The position numbers were made by a program, and so were the translations under genes. DNA of 45,864 nt from Chloroflexia bacterium (GTDB lineage: Bacteria > Chloroflexota > Chloroflexia > QHBQ01 > JADMIH01). The stretch lies in assembly GCA_045805005.1 (NCBI GenBank), contig JBJMMB010000531.1, forward strand, positions 1 through 45,864. Reading direction: 5' to 3'. The notes under the pieces are model-generated. The model worked only from the letters and a program-made list of their open reading frames with translations, ran no database searches and was not told the DNA's origin. Below, piece by piece: positions 1 through 9,136 of the stretch (its first letter is position 1; each line of letters starts with the position of its first letter).

Positions 1-3000
1 CGTGTAGAAGGTGCTGTTGCGCTCGACGTCGTTGAACGTCGCATTGACCGGGTTGATCAGGCTCCAACCCGCGGCCACCACGGTGATCTTGGAGAGCTGG
101 CCCCTCGTTACCAGGTTGTTAGGCCTGAAGTAGACACCAGGGCACGGCTCGCCGGGACCACCGCAGTTGTAGCCCGAGACGATGTCGTTGTGAGCCGCCG
201 TCTCGATCCAACTGTAGAAGGGGTTGGTAGTGGGCACATCCCGGAAGGTAGGAGTGGGAGACGTGTAGATGGGCACTCCGAAGGCAATCACGATGATCTT
301 CACCATCTGCCCTCTGGTGGTGTTGTTGTAAGGCCTGAAGGTGTTGTCGTTGTACCCTGAGATCGCCCCGTGGCAATAGAGGTAGCGCACAGGTTCGTAG
401 AAGTAATCGGTGCTATGCACGTCGCTGAAGGTGATATTACATGGCGTAGCTGTAGGGGTGGGGCTCGGTGTGGTGAACGATCCCGAGGGCAGCGGCCACA
501 CGTACGCGCTGCTGCCGCGGGTCCACACCGACAGCGTTGTGAAGCCCCGGTCGATCGTCATGTCCCAGATCATCGCGTTGCGCATGCCGTTGTTGAACCT
601 GTACCAGGTCGGCGAGGCCGCCGTGATGTCGTTGGTGTAGTAGACTCCCCAGTCGCTGCCCGCGAATACCTGCTGCGGGAAGCGCGGGTTGGCGATGATC
701 GAGTCGATCGGCACGTTGGGCAGGTTCCCGCTCTTGTTCTCCCATGTCGCGCCGGCGCAGTTCGCCGTGCACGTCACCCGGAACACATGGCCCGGAGTGA
801 GCGGAGTGTTCTGGTCGAAACCGCCCACCGCCGCATACCCGACCAGCGAGTTCGCGGGGTCGAAGGTAACGTCGAGGATAGGCCGGTTGGGTAGCACCGT
901 GTTGCTGAGGGTCACGTTCACCCAGGTGGCGCTGTTCGCGGTGCCCTGGCCGAGGCCGAAGCCCATCTGCACGTTGCCGTCGTTGGTGCCCACTATGGCG
1001 GTGGTCGAGATGTTCACGGCATACGAGAGCTGATTGATGTAGGAGCTTGCGCCCAACGTGCCCTTGGTAAGGTTGGGGCTGTTGATGTACCAGGTACTGG
1101 TCGATGTAGGAGGGGGCCCCGGTATGCCGCCCTGGATCGTCTCCCAAACCCGGTTGCTGCCCGCGATCAAGTGGGTGCAGCCGCTGGCGGGGCAGTCGTA
1201 CTTGTACAGCTCGTACGGCAGGATGAAGCTCCGGGTGTCGCCGGTCCACCCGCCGGTGATGGTACGCAGCGGGCCGTAGGGGCCGCTTTCCGACACCGCG
1301 ATGCTGCCGCTGTTACCGCCTTGGTACCACCGCTGCTGCAGCACCGGCTCCGTGCGGGCGAAGAATCCGTCGCCGCCGAGTCGCAACTGCCACTGCTGGG
1401 GCTGGACGTCGGCCGCGCTGTTCCAGGTGCTCACGTGCGAGCCGTTGTCCTGGGTGCCTCCGTTCGCTCCCGGGTTAGAGGAGGTCGCGAAGTTGCTCGT
1501 AGTGTCGCCCGAGTAGAACTCGAGCGTAGCCAGCGAGTTGTTGAGCTGGTACCAGCCGGTGAGCGGCAAGGTCCCGGTCACGCTCTCGGCGCTCGTGGTC
1601 ACGTACACGCCGCCGTCGCTCCCCGCCATGAGCACGCTCGATGAGCCGGGCTTGAATTCCAGCGCGTGTTGGTCAACGTGGACCAGGTCGCCACCCGAGT
1701 AGCCGCAGGTGACGTCGTAAGGGGTCGCCCCCCCGTCGACCGACTTGAAGATGTCATAGGTGTCGAAGTAGATCGTGTCGGGGTTGTTGGGGTCTACTTT
1801 GATGCCCTGGTCATACCAGTTCTGGTTGTAGTCGAAGCCGCACGTATTGTTCAGGGCGTTGCCGTCCGACATCTGGGTCCAGGTCTGGCCGCCGTTGGTG
1901 CTGCGCCAAATGCCGAGCTGGCAGCCGGTGGCTCCGCAACTCGGCTGGGAGTTGGGGTTCTGCACCTGGGCGTAGATGTAGTTGGGGTTGCTCGGCGCGC
2001 GGTCGATGTCAATGCGGCCCAGTTGGTTGCCGCCGGGCAGGTTGTGCGGGATGCCGCTGCCGGTGCCCGCGGGCCAGCCGTTATCGGGGCGGCTTATCAG
2101 GTTCCAGGTGGCCGGGCAGCCGCTGGTGCCCAGCGTGGCGGTGTAAATGCCGTTAGCCCCGTTGAGGTCGCGGCCCGGGTAGCGCGAAGTTGGCAGGCCC
2201 GGATTGCCGATCGCCACGGTCAGCTCGGTGTTGGTGCCGGTGTTCCTGGCGAGCAGGCCCGTCACCTCGTAGTGCTGCCCCACGAAGCCGCCGGGCAGGC
2301 ATGCACCGGCCGGGAACGTCTCCGCCCCATCATACGAGACGTAGACGCCGTACCTGGTGCCCACGAGAACGTTGTTACCGTTGCGCGGGTCCACAGCCAC
2401 TTTGAGGATTGCCTGGTACTGGGGGAACGAGCTGGGCACCGGCGGTGTGTAGGCGTTGCTGAAGACGTCGGTCGCCTTGGCCGTCCAGGAAGCGCCCGCG
2501 TTGGTCGTCTTGAGCAGGCCGTAGCTGCCCATGCCGAAGGTGGCGATGCTGTGCTCGCCTGTGCCCGCGTACACCGTGTTGTGGTTGTTCGGGTCGATGG
2601 CGAGGTCGGAGATGCCGACCTCGTTGATGGCGGGGTCGTCTATAGTAGACACCCAGGAAGTCTGTGGGTTACAACAGTTGGTCGTCTTCCAGACGCCGCC
2701 GCCCACGGTGGCGATGTAGGCCACGTTCTGGCTGACGGGGTCGATGGCGATATCGTCAACACGGCCCGACACGGGGCCGTAGTTGAAGCAGCCGTAGCAC
2801 CCGTCGCTCTGCGTGGAGACGGGGCCGATCAGGTTCCACCGATTGGGGTCGAGAGCCGCCGGGGCATCCGCCGAGGGCGAATAGGTGACCCGGCCCGCCG
2901 GCACCCTGTTCTCCATGCGCCGGTCGGCCTGAGCCGCGCTCTGCAGCCACGCGGCATTATAATTGCCGGTGGGATAGGTTACCCGGGTCTGCCAGTAGTC

Positions 3001-3297
3001 GGAGAGCTGCTGCAATTTTTCGCTCTCGCCTTTGACGTTTTCGCCCCGCATCGGCATCATCAGACGCTGGCTGAAATCGTCGATCTTGGCCTCGGTCCGC
3101 CCCTCCATGCTTTCGACCTTGGCGATGACATTGCTCTTCGCTGAGGCCGAGGCCGCCGGTTGGGGCTTGGAAGCGTTGGTGCTGACATTTGACGCGGACC
3201 CCGCCAACCTGAGCAGCCCGGCGCTGATGCCGAGCGCGAGTAATAACGTCAGTGCCACATAGAGGTCGCGCCGCTTGAGTTGAAATCTGCCCTTCAA
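1..3297 (-). CDS. Secreted Asp-box/BNR (VPS10-like) beta-propeller protein with C-terminal SLH domains; 3' end lies outside the window (>1099 aa)
   Basis: Absent from the ORF track because there is no stop in the window. TTG at 3297 follows AGGAGG (3305-3310). My translation gives MKGRFQLKRRDLYVALTLLLALGISAG (signal peptide), GPVSGRVDDIAIDP, GGVWKTTN, Asp-box-like KTTNAGASW and RSTNGGQTW, then SLH motifs (FRPYNNTTRGQ, YFRPNNLVTRGQLSKI) in frame to position 1. Confidence 0.9.
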   Translation of the reverse strand, partial: MKGRFQLKRRDLYVALTLLLALGISAGLLRLAGSASNVSTNASKPQPAASASAKSNVIAKVESMEGRTEAKIDDFSQRLMMPMRGENVKGESEKLQQLSDYWQTRVTYPTGNYNAAWLQSAAQADRRMENRVPAGRVTYSPSADAPAALDPNRWNLIGPVSTQSDGCYGCFNYGPVSGRVDDIAIDPVSQNVAYIATVGGGVWKTTNCCNPQTSWVSTIDDPAINEVGISDLAIDPNNHNTVYAGTGEHSIATFGMGSYGLLKTTNAGASWTAKATDVFSNAYTPPVPSSFPQYQAILKVAVDPRNGNNVLVGTRYGVYVSYDGAETFPAGACLPGGFVGQHYEVTGLLARNTGTNTELTVAIGNPGLPTSRYPGRDLNGANGIYTATLGTSGCPATWNLISRPDNGWPAGTGSGIPHNLPGGNQLGRIDIDRAPSNPNYIYAQVQNPNSQPSCGATGCQLGIWRSTNGGQTWTQMSDGNALNNTCGFDYNQNWYDQGIKVDPNNPDTIYFDTYDIFKSVDGGATPYDVTCGYSGGDLVHVDQHALEFKPGSSSVLMAGSDGGVYVTTSAESVTGTLPLTGWYQLNNSLATLEFYSGDTTSNFATSSNPGANGGTQDNGSHVSTWNSAADVQPQQWQLRLGGDGFFARTEPVLQQRWYQGGNSGSIAVSESGPYGPLRTITGGWTGDTRSFILPYELYKYDCPASGCTHLIAGSNRVWETIQGGIPGPPPTSTSTWYINSPNLTKGTLGASSYINQLSYAVNISTTAIVGTNDGNVQMGFGLGQGTANSATWVNVTLSNTVLPNRPILDVTFDPANSLVGYAAVGGFDQNTPLTPGHVFRVTCTANCAGATWENKSGNLPNVPIDSIIANPRFPQQVFAGSDWGVYYTNDITAASPTWYRFNNGMRNAMIWDMTIDRGFTTLSVWTRGSSAYVWPLPSGSFTTPSPTPTATPCNITFSDVHSTDYFYEPVRYLYCHGAISGYNDNTFRPYNNTTRGQMVKIIVIAFGVPIYTSPTPTFRDVPTTNPFYSWIETAAHNDIVSGYNCGGPGEPCPGVYFRPNNLVTRGQLSKITVVAAGWSLINPVNATFNDVERNSTFYT

Positions 3298-3324
3298 CGT
3301 GCATTCCTCCTGTCTTCGTTTCCC

Positions 3325-3424
3325 GAATTACGATTTACGAATTACATGATTACGAATTACAGCTTACAAATTACCTCATTACGAAGAACCCAATTCGCAA
3401 TTCGTAATTATGTAATTCGTAATT
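3325..3424. repeat. Inverted heptamer array (ATTACGA)n ... (TCGTAAT)n
   Basis: gaattacgatttacgaattacatgattacgaattac... followed by aattcgcaattcgtaattatgtaattcgtaatt; the two arms are reverse complements. Confidence 0.9.
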
Positions 3425-3490
3425 GCCGTAGGGCCAGGGAATGCGCCACGGTTCCCTTGCCCTGTCTTGCTTCGCCGCTTCGCCAATTCA

Positions 3491-3532
3491 TTGGGTCATT
3501 CCTGTTGGGTCATTCCTGTTGGGTCATTCCTG
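3491..3532. repeat. Three exact tandem copies of the 14-mer TTGGGTCATTCCTG
   Basis: Read directly at 3491-3504, 3505-3518 and 3519-3532. Confidence 0.95.
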
Positions 3533-3726
3533 AGTGTGGAATCCCTACGGCCACCTCCTCTCCGGAAAAAGCACTGGCTGAATGTCGGGTGATGTGGTCG
3601 AACCGTATACAGTAAACAGGTAAGTCTGAAAGTGGGGAACCAAGTAAGTATGGAAGTATATCATATTCTGTCAATAAAAGTACATAGCCGCGAAAAGTAG
3701 ATACATCTCCACCTATTCTATTGGTA

Positions 3727-3755
3727 TTGATGCGCGGCGCCTGCTGTGCTATAAT
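3727..3755 (+). promoter_or_regulatory. Sigma70-type promoter for the 4154 SLH gene
   Basis: TTGATG (3727-3732), 17-bp spacer, TGc-TATAAT (3750-3755). Confidence 0.7.
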
Positions 3756-4095
3756 CGGCGCATTCGTGTTACCACTCCACTCTCTAACCCGGCTTTCGTG
3801 CGGGGTTCGACGCCCTTGTGCCCTTGTGGCGGCAGCTACCGGTCCGGTGCCGGTTCCGCGCAAGGGGAAGGCCCCCGAATTCACCGGGGTTCTGCGGTAT
3901 CCTTTCTATATATAACGACGTTATTAGAACGGAGGTAAGCCACTGCTGATACTTTTCGGTATTCCGGTCCGCCCTATTTTGCTTGCATGAGCAGGCCTCG
4001 GCCAGGCGTTAACTGCTCTTCAAGCGAGTGCTACCTCGCGTAAAACGTAAAGGAGGAAGGGTAGAGGGTTCTACCACACAAGCACCGGGCGCAAC

Positions 4096-4130
4096 CATTA
4101 CGCATTACGTTTTACCCATTACGCATTACC
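4096..4130 (+). repeat. Heptamer array (CATTACG-like, 5 copies) just upstream of the RBS
   Basis: cattacg cattacg ttttacc cattacg cattacc, then AGGAGG and ATG 4154. Confidence 0.85.
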
Positions 4131-4153
4131 CAGAGGAAGAAGGAGGAAAAAAC

Positions 4154-7100
4154 ATGAAGAGGATCGACATACTATTCGGAGCCGCCTTATTGCTCGCCCT
4201 CGCCCTTGTGGCCGGCGCGGCCTCGCTCACCGCCAGCGCCGCGTATCCGGCGCCCAGCAAACCCACCACTCCACAGGTTCGCCACCCCGACTTGATCAGC
4301 CGGGCTCTGAGGAGCGACACCTCACTGCCCCTGCGCGACATCCCGGCTCGCGTCACCTGGTCTCTCACCGAGGGTGACAACGAAAACCCGCGTCTCCGGC
4401 ACCAGGCTAACCCCTTCGTCATTGACACCGTCGTGCAGAAGCTGCTAGGCCCCTTCGTTATGCCCACGCCCATCCAGAACTTCGATGGCGTGCCCAACGA
4501 GTTCGGCCCCCTCCCCCCCGACACCAACGGCGACGTCGGGCGCAACCACTACGTGCAGATCGTCAACTCCGGCTTCCAGATCTGGAACAAGTCCGGCGTC
4601 TCCGTCTACGGGCCGGCCAACGACAATACCCTCTTCACCGGCTTCGGCGGCCCCTGTGAGTTCCGCAACGACGGCGACCCCGTGGCCCTCTATGATTCCA
4701 TGGCCGATCGCTGGGTCCTCACCTGGTTCACAAGCGCCGCACCCTATATGGAGTGCATCGCCGTATCCGCCGGCCCCGACCCCACCGGCGCCTGGTACCG
4801 CTATGCCTTCCTCGATAACAACAGCAGCAATACGCTGGGCGACTATCCCAAGATGTCCGTCTGGCCCGACGCCTACTACATGACCACCAACGAGTTCGCC
4901 CCCGGCTTCGTCGGCGACGGCAACTACGCTTATGACCGCGCCAAGATGCTCGTTGGCAACCCCACCGCCGGGATGATCTACTTCCATGGCGATGATGGCG
5001 GCAAGCTCCCCAGCGACGTCGACAGCGGAGGAGCCCCTCCACCACCCGGCAGCCCCAACTATGTCCTCGAATGGTACAATGGCAATCCCGGGCAGTTGGC
5101 CGAGTTCAAATTCCACGTCGACTTCGCCACTCCCGCCAACTCCACCTACACCGGCCCCCTCATCATCCCGGTGTCCAACTTCGACCCCAACGCCCCCGCC
5201 GTGCCTCAGCCCGGCACCACCACCCTCCTCGACAACCTCTCCGACCGGCTCATGTTCCGCCTCGCCTACCGCAACATGGGCAGCTACGAGGCCCTTGTAC
5301 TGAACCACACGGTCAACGCGAGCGGGGTCGACGGCATCCGCTGGTACGAGCTGCGCGATCCAAACAACGCGGCGGGAGCCAGCGTCTTCCAGCAGGGCAC
5401 CTACGCGCCGGGCGATGGGGTGCATCGCTGGATGGGCAGCGCCGCCATGGATAGGATGGGCGACATCGCCATCGGCTTCAGCGCCTCCAGCAGCACCCTC
5501 TTCCCTTCCATCCGGTATGCGGGCCGCCTGGTAAGCGATCCGCCCGGCCAGCTCTCCCAGGGAGAGGCCACCCTCCTCGCCGGCACCGGCTCCGAGGACT
5601 ACCCCGCTGCCCACCGCTGGGGCGACTACAGCGCCCTCCAGGTCGACCCAACCGACGATTGCACCTTCTGGTACACCACCATGTACTTCTCGCGCACCGG
5701 CCTGCGCAACTGGCGAACCCGCATAGGCTCGTTCAAGTTCCCCAGTTGCGTTTCCGGCGGCACCCCCACGCCCGTGCCGACCTCGGGCAGCCCTACGGCC
5801 ACCGTCACGCCCATCCGGCCCACCGCCACCCCCTGCGCCGGCAGCGTCAGCTACACCGGCAGCATCACCAACACCGATCCGATACAGACGGGCCGCCTAG
5901 CTCTGAGCGATCCCAAGAGCAGTTGCGCAGCTCCCCGCACCCTCCCCGCCACAAGCGACACCCTCACCCGCCACTATCGCACCTACAACTACACCAACTC
6001 CAGCGGCAGCGATCAATGCGTGACGGTCAGTGTCGTGCAAAACTGCGGAGACAATGCCATCCAGAGCGTAGCCTACCTGGGCAGCTACAACCCGAGCAGT
6101 ATCAACACCAACTACCTGGCTCATGGCGGGGCGAGCGGCCACCAGTTCAGCTACTCCTTCTCGCTCCCCGCCGGGCAGACCGCCGTGGTTGTGGTCCTCG
6201 AAGTAAGCCCCAACCTCGGCTGCTCGACGTACAACCTCACTATCAACCCGTGCGGCGCGGGCGCCGTCACCGCCACCCCCACCGGCCCGCCCGCCACCAT
6301 TACCCCCACGCGCACCCCCGCCTCGCCCACCGCCACCCCCACAACCGTCTGCGTCGGCACCTCATACCAGACCTTCACGGGCGCCGGGGTCATGCTCCCG
6401 GCCACCAACGACATAGGCAACCACTGCGACGATTGCGTTACCGCCATCACGCTGCCGTTCCCGGTAAATGTGTACGGTACCGTCTTCACCAGCACCAACG
6501 CCGGCTCCAACGGCCTGCTGAACTTCGGGTCCTCCCAGCCGAACGCCTACACCAACAACTGCCTACCGGTGCGGTCCAATGCCCCGGCCTTCGCCGACAC
6601 CCTCTTCCCTTACTACGATGACCTGCGCACCGACATTGCCCCGGAGACGCACGGCATCTACACGGCGACCGTGGGAGTAGCGCCCAACCGCGCCTTCGTC
6701 CTCCGGTGGCAAACCACTTACTTCTTCAGCGATACGCTGGAAGCAAACTTCGAGGTGATACTACAGGAAAACTCGCCCGAGATCAGCGTGATATACGGCA
6801 CTACGGCTACCGTAGCACAGGGCGCTGCTCCAGCGAGCGGCATCCAACTCAACCTGGGCCAGTACACCTCGTACTCCTGCCATACGGATATCCTGCCAGG
6901 CACGCTGGTACTCTATTCGCCAATAGGGTGCGGCGTAACTCCCACGCGCACGCCCGTGCCCATCACCTCCACCCCCACTCGCACCGCCACCGCTACAGTG
7001 TGCCCCCTCACCTTCACCGACGTGCTCCCCACCGACTACTTCTACCAGGGAGTGCGCTGGCTCTACTGCCGGGGCGCGATCTCCGGCTACAGCGACAACA

Positions 7101-7621
7101 CCTTCCGCCCCTACAACAACACCACCAGAGGCCAGATGGTCAAGATCATCGTCCTGGCCTATGGTATCCCGAACTACACACCTACCTCGCCTACCTTCAA
7201 CGATACAGCGCCTAACAGCCCGTTCTACCAGTACGTGGAAACCGCTGCCCACAACGAGATAGTATCAGGCTACAACTGCGGTGGTCCCGGTGAGCCATGC
7301 CCTGGTGTCTACTTCAGGCCTAACAACCTGGTAACCAGGGGCCAGCTCTCCAAGATCATTGTGGTGGCCGCCCGTTGGTCTCTGATCAACCCACCCACCG
7401 CTCACTTCAACGACGTAGAGCGCAACAGCACGTTCTACACCTACATCGAAACGGCCTACTGCCACCAGGTTATCAGCGGTTACGACTGCGGCAGCCCCGG
7501 CGAGCCTTGCCCCGGCAAGTACTTCAGGGCGGGCAACAACGCCACCCGCGGCCAAATAGCCAAGATCGTCTACAACGCGGTCTCCAACCTGCCCTGCGCT
7601 ACTTCAAGTAGCACGAAGTAG
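4154..7621 (+). CDS. Secreted modular surface protein: N-terminal 'PPDTNGDVG...RWGDYS' domain, two Cys-containing beta-rich domains, Thr/Pro linkers, three SLH domains (1155 aa)
   Basis: AGGAGG then ATG 4154; the track start at 4028 reads through the heptamer array. Signal peptide MKRIDILFGAALLLALALVAGA. SLH repeats FTDV...ISGY...FRPYNNTTRGQ. Confidence 0.9.
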   Translation: MKRIDILFGAALLLALALVAGAASLTASAAYPAPSKPTTPQVRHPDLISRALRSDTSLPLRDIPARVTWSLTEGDNENPRLRHQANPFVIDTVVQKLLGPFVMPTPIQNFDGVPNEFGPLPPDTNGDVGRNHYVQIVNSGFQIWNKSGVSVYGPANDNTLFTGFGGPCEFRNDGDPVALYDSMADRWVLTWFTSAAPYMECIAVSAGPDPTGAWYRYAFLDNNSSNTLGDYPKMSVWPDAYYMTTNEFAPGFVGDGNYAYDRAKMLVGNPTAGMIYFHGDDGGKLPSDVDSGGAPPPPGSPNYVLEWYNGNPGQLAEFKFHVDFATPANSTYTGPLIIPVSNFDPNAPAVPQPGTTTLLDNLSDRLMFRLAYRNMGSYEALVLNHTVNASGVDGIRWYELRDPNNAAGASVFQQGTYAPGDGVHRWMGSAAMDRMGDIAIGFSASSSTLFPSIRYAGRLVSDPPGQLSQGEATLLAGTGSEDYPAAHRWGDYSALQVDPTDDCTFWYTTMYFSRTGLRNWRTRIGSFKFPSCVSGGTPTPVPTSGSPTATVTPIRPTATPCAGSVSYTGSITNTDPIQTGRLALSDPKSSCAAPRTLPATSDTLTRHYRTYNYTNSSGSDQCVTVSVVQNCGDNAIQSVAYLGSYNPSSINTNYLAHGGASGHQFSYSFSLPAGQTAVVVVLEVSPNLGCSTYNLTINPCGAGAVTATPTGPPATITPTRTPASPTATPTTVCVGTSYQTFTGAGVMLPATNDIGNHCDDCVTAITLPFPVNVYGTVFTSTNAGSNGLLNFGSSQPNAYTNNCLPVRSNAPAFADTLFPYYDDLRTDIAPETHGIYTATVGVAPNRAFVLRWQTTYFFSDTLEANFEVILQENSPEISVIYGTTATVAQGAAPASGIQLNLGQYTSYSCHTDILPGTLVLYSPIGCGVTPTRTPVPITSTPTRTATATVCPLTFTDVLPTDYFYQGVRWLYCRGAISGYSDNTFRPYNNTTRGQMVKIIVLAYGIPNYTPTSPTFNDTAPNSPFYQYVETAAHNEIVSGYNCGGPGEPCPGVYFRPNNLVTRGQLSKIIVVAARWSLINPPTAHFNDVERNSTFYTYIETAYCHQVISGYDCGSPGEPCPGKYFRAGNNATRGQIAKIVYNAVSNLPCATSSSTK

Positions 7622-7642
7622 GCAACCGCCGCCCACAACCCA

Positions 7643-7672
7643 GAGAGGCTGTCCGATCCCGGACAGCCTCTC
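7643..7672 (+). terminator. 13-bp perfect stem-loop downstream of the SLH gene
   Basis: GAGAGGCTGTCCG-atcc-CGGACAGCCTCTC; no U-tract. Confidence 0.55.
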
Positions 7673-7749
7673 CGGATTCTACCCAAAAAGCGGTGCAATC
7701 CTCACCCTGTCGCCCGGTACCCGCTTGCCGGTGATGGGCCTGTTCCCAA

Positions 7750-7935
7750 GCGGTGCAGGGTTCCCCCTGCCGGGGGCTTGGGGCATTGGAGCCCCACTCT
7801 CCCCTCCACAAGGGGTGCAAGGTTCCCCCTGCCGGGTGCTCGGGAGATTGGAGCCCGATTCCACCCTTCCTCCACAAGGGGTGCAGGGTTCCCCCTGCCG
7901 GGGGCTTGGGGGTGTCCCCCAATACTTCCCCCCTC
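7750..7935 (+). repeat. Three tandem ~60-65 bp units GGGGTGCAGGG..CCCTGCCGGG..GGGG.ATTGGAGCCC
   Basis: The same unit occurs as a tandem array at ~23920-24135 and as a degenerate single copy on the minus strand at ~36475-36527. Confidence 0.85.
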
Positions 7936-8014
7936 ATACTAACTCTGTGGTAGAATGGCACAGAGTATGCATAAGAGACCCCTACAAAACGCACCACTTG
8001 AGAGGAGGCTAAGC

Positions 8015-9037
8015 ATGTCCAGGCGCGCCCCGACTTTGCTGCTCTCGCTTGCTCTCTGCCTCTTGGCAGCCTTGTGGCCTCAGCACCCGGCCCTGGCGCG
8101 GCTCCCATTGGCCCCTATCACCGCGCAGCAGCCCGGTTGCCAGGCCTTCCCGGAAACGGGCAAGACCGTTTGCGGCCGCTTTCTGACCTACTGGCGAGAG
8201 CACGGCGGCCTCGCCCAGCACGGTTACCCGGTCAGCCAGGAGTTCAGCGAGCGCTCCGATACGGACGGCAAGACTTACACTGTGCAGTATTTCGAGCGGT
8301 CCGTCTTCGAGTTGCACCCGGAGAACAAGGCCCCTTATGATGTACTTCTCTCCCTGCTTGGCAGCGCTCTCTACAAGGAAAAGTACCCGTCGGGCGCGGG
8401 CAACCAGGTGGCCAACAGGACGGCCGGTTCGTTCGCCTTCCCCGAAACGGGCCGACACCTGGGCGGCACCTTCCTCCAGTACTGGCAGTCCCACGGCGGC
8501 CTGGTCCAGCAGGGCTATCCCATCTCCGACGAGTTCACCGAGCGGAGCGATCTCGATGGCAAGCGGTACGTGGTCCAATATTTCGAGCGGGCGGTGCTCG
8601 AGCTGCACCCCGACTACAGCCCGCCGTACAACGTGCTCCTCGCCCAACTAGGGACCATGCAGATGAAACGCAAATACCCCTCCGGGCTAAACGTAAACGT
8701 CCGCGCTCTACCGCCCGGCTCCTGGGGAGGCAACCAGGTGAGCCTGGAGGTGACCGCTTCCGGCGCGACGGTCGAGTTCTTCTGCGCCCACGGCATCATC
8801 GACAAGCCCGTGACCCTGGACAGCAGCGGCCGCTTCGACGCGGCCGGGGTGTATGTGCGCGAGTCGGGCATAGCCCCCGCGCAAGACGACACCCAGCAAG
8901 GCGAGTCCGCCCGCTACTCGGGCAGCACCGATGGCACCACCCTGACCCTCGTGGTCACCCTCACCGCCACCAACCAACGTGTCGGCACCTACACCCTGAC
9001 CCTGGGCCAGCCCGCCAAACTAGCCAAGTGCATGTAG
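8015..9037 (+). CDS. Secreted protein with two 'FPETG...GYP.S...VQYFER' repeats and a C-terminal beta-rich domain (340 aa)
   Basis: AGGAGG before ATG 8015; hydrophobic signal peptide; duplicated FPETGxx...FLxYWxxHGGLxQxGYPxSxEFxERSDxDGKxYxVQYFER. Confidence 0.85.
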   Translation: MSRRAPTLLLSLALCLLAALWPQHPALARLPLAPITAQQPGCQAFPETGKTVCGRFLTYWREHGGLAQHGYPVSQEFSERSDTDGKTYTVQYFERSVFELHPENKAPYDVLLSLLGSALYKEKYPSGAGNQVANRTAGSFAFPETGRHLGGTFLQYWQSHGGLVQQGYPISDEFTERSDLDGKRYVVQYFERAVLELHPDYSPPYNVLLAQLGTMQMKRKYPSGLNVNVRALPPGSWGGNQVSLEVTASGATVEFFCAHGIIDKPVTLDSSGRFDAAGVYVRESGIAPAQDDTQQGESARYSGSTDGTTLTLVVTLTATNQRVGTYTLTLGQPAKLAKCM

Positions 9038-9136
9038 CCTCGCGCCCGGCCTGTGCTATAATGACCCATACGTCATAGCCCGCGTTCCCCGACACTAAGA
9101 GCCGTAGCCGCTTCCGCCGGAGAATCGAGGAAAGTT

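Noticed and set aside
370-3304. Track ORFs such as 1666..3144 (+, 492 aa), 437..1249 (-) and 2957..3304 (-)
   Set aside because: Antisense or off-frame shadows of the real minus-strand SLH gene 1..3297. The same applies to most short overlapping ORFs across this GC-rich window.
7750-7935. ~60-bp tandem units (also 23920-24135) as a CRISPR array
   Set aside because: Units are degenerate along their whole length, have no unique spacers of constant size, and no cas genes are present.
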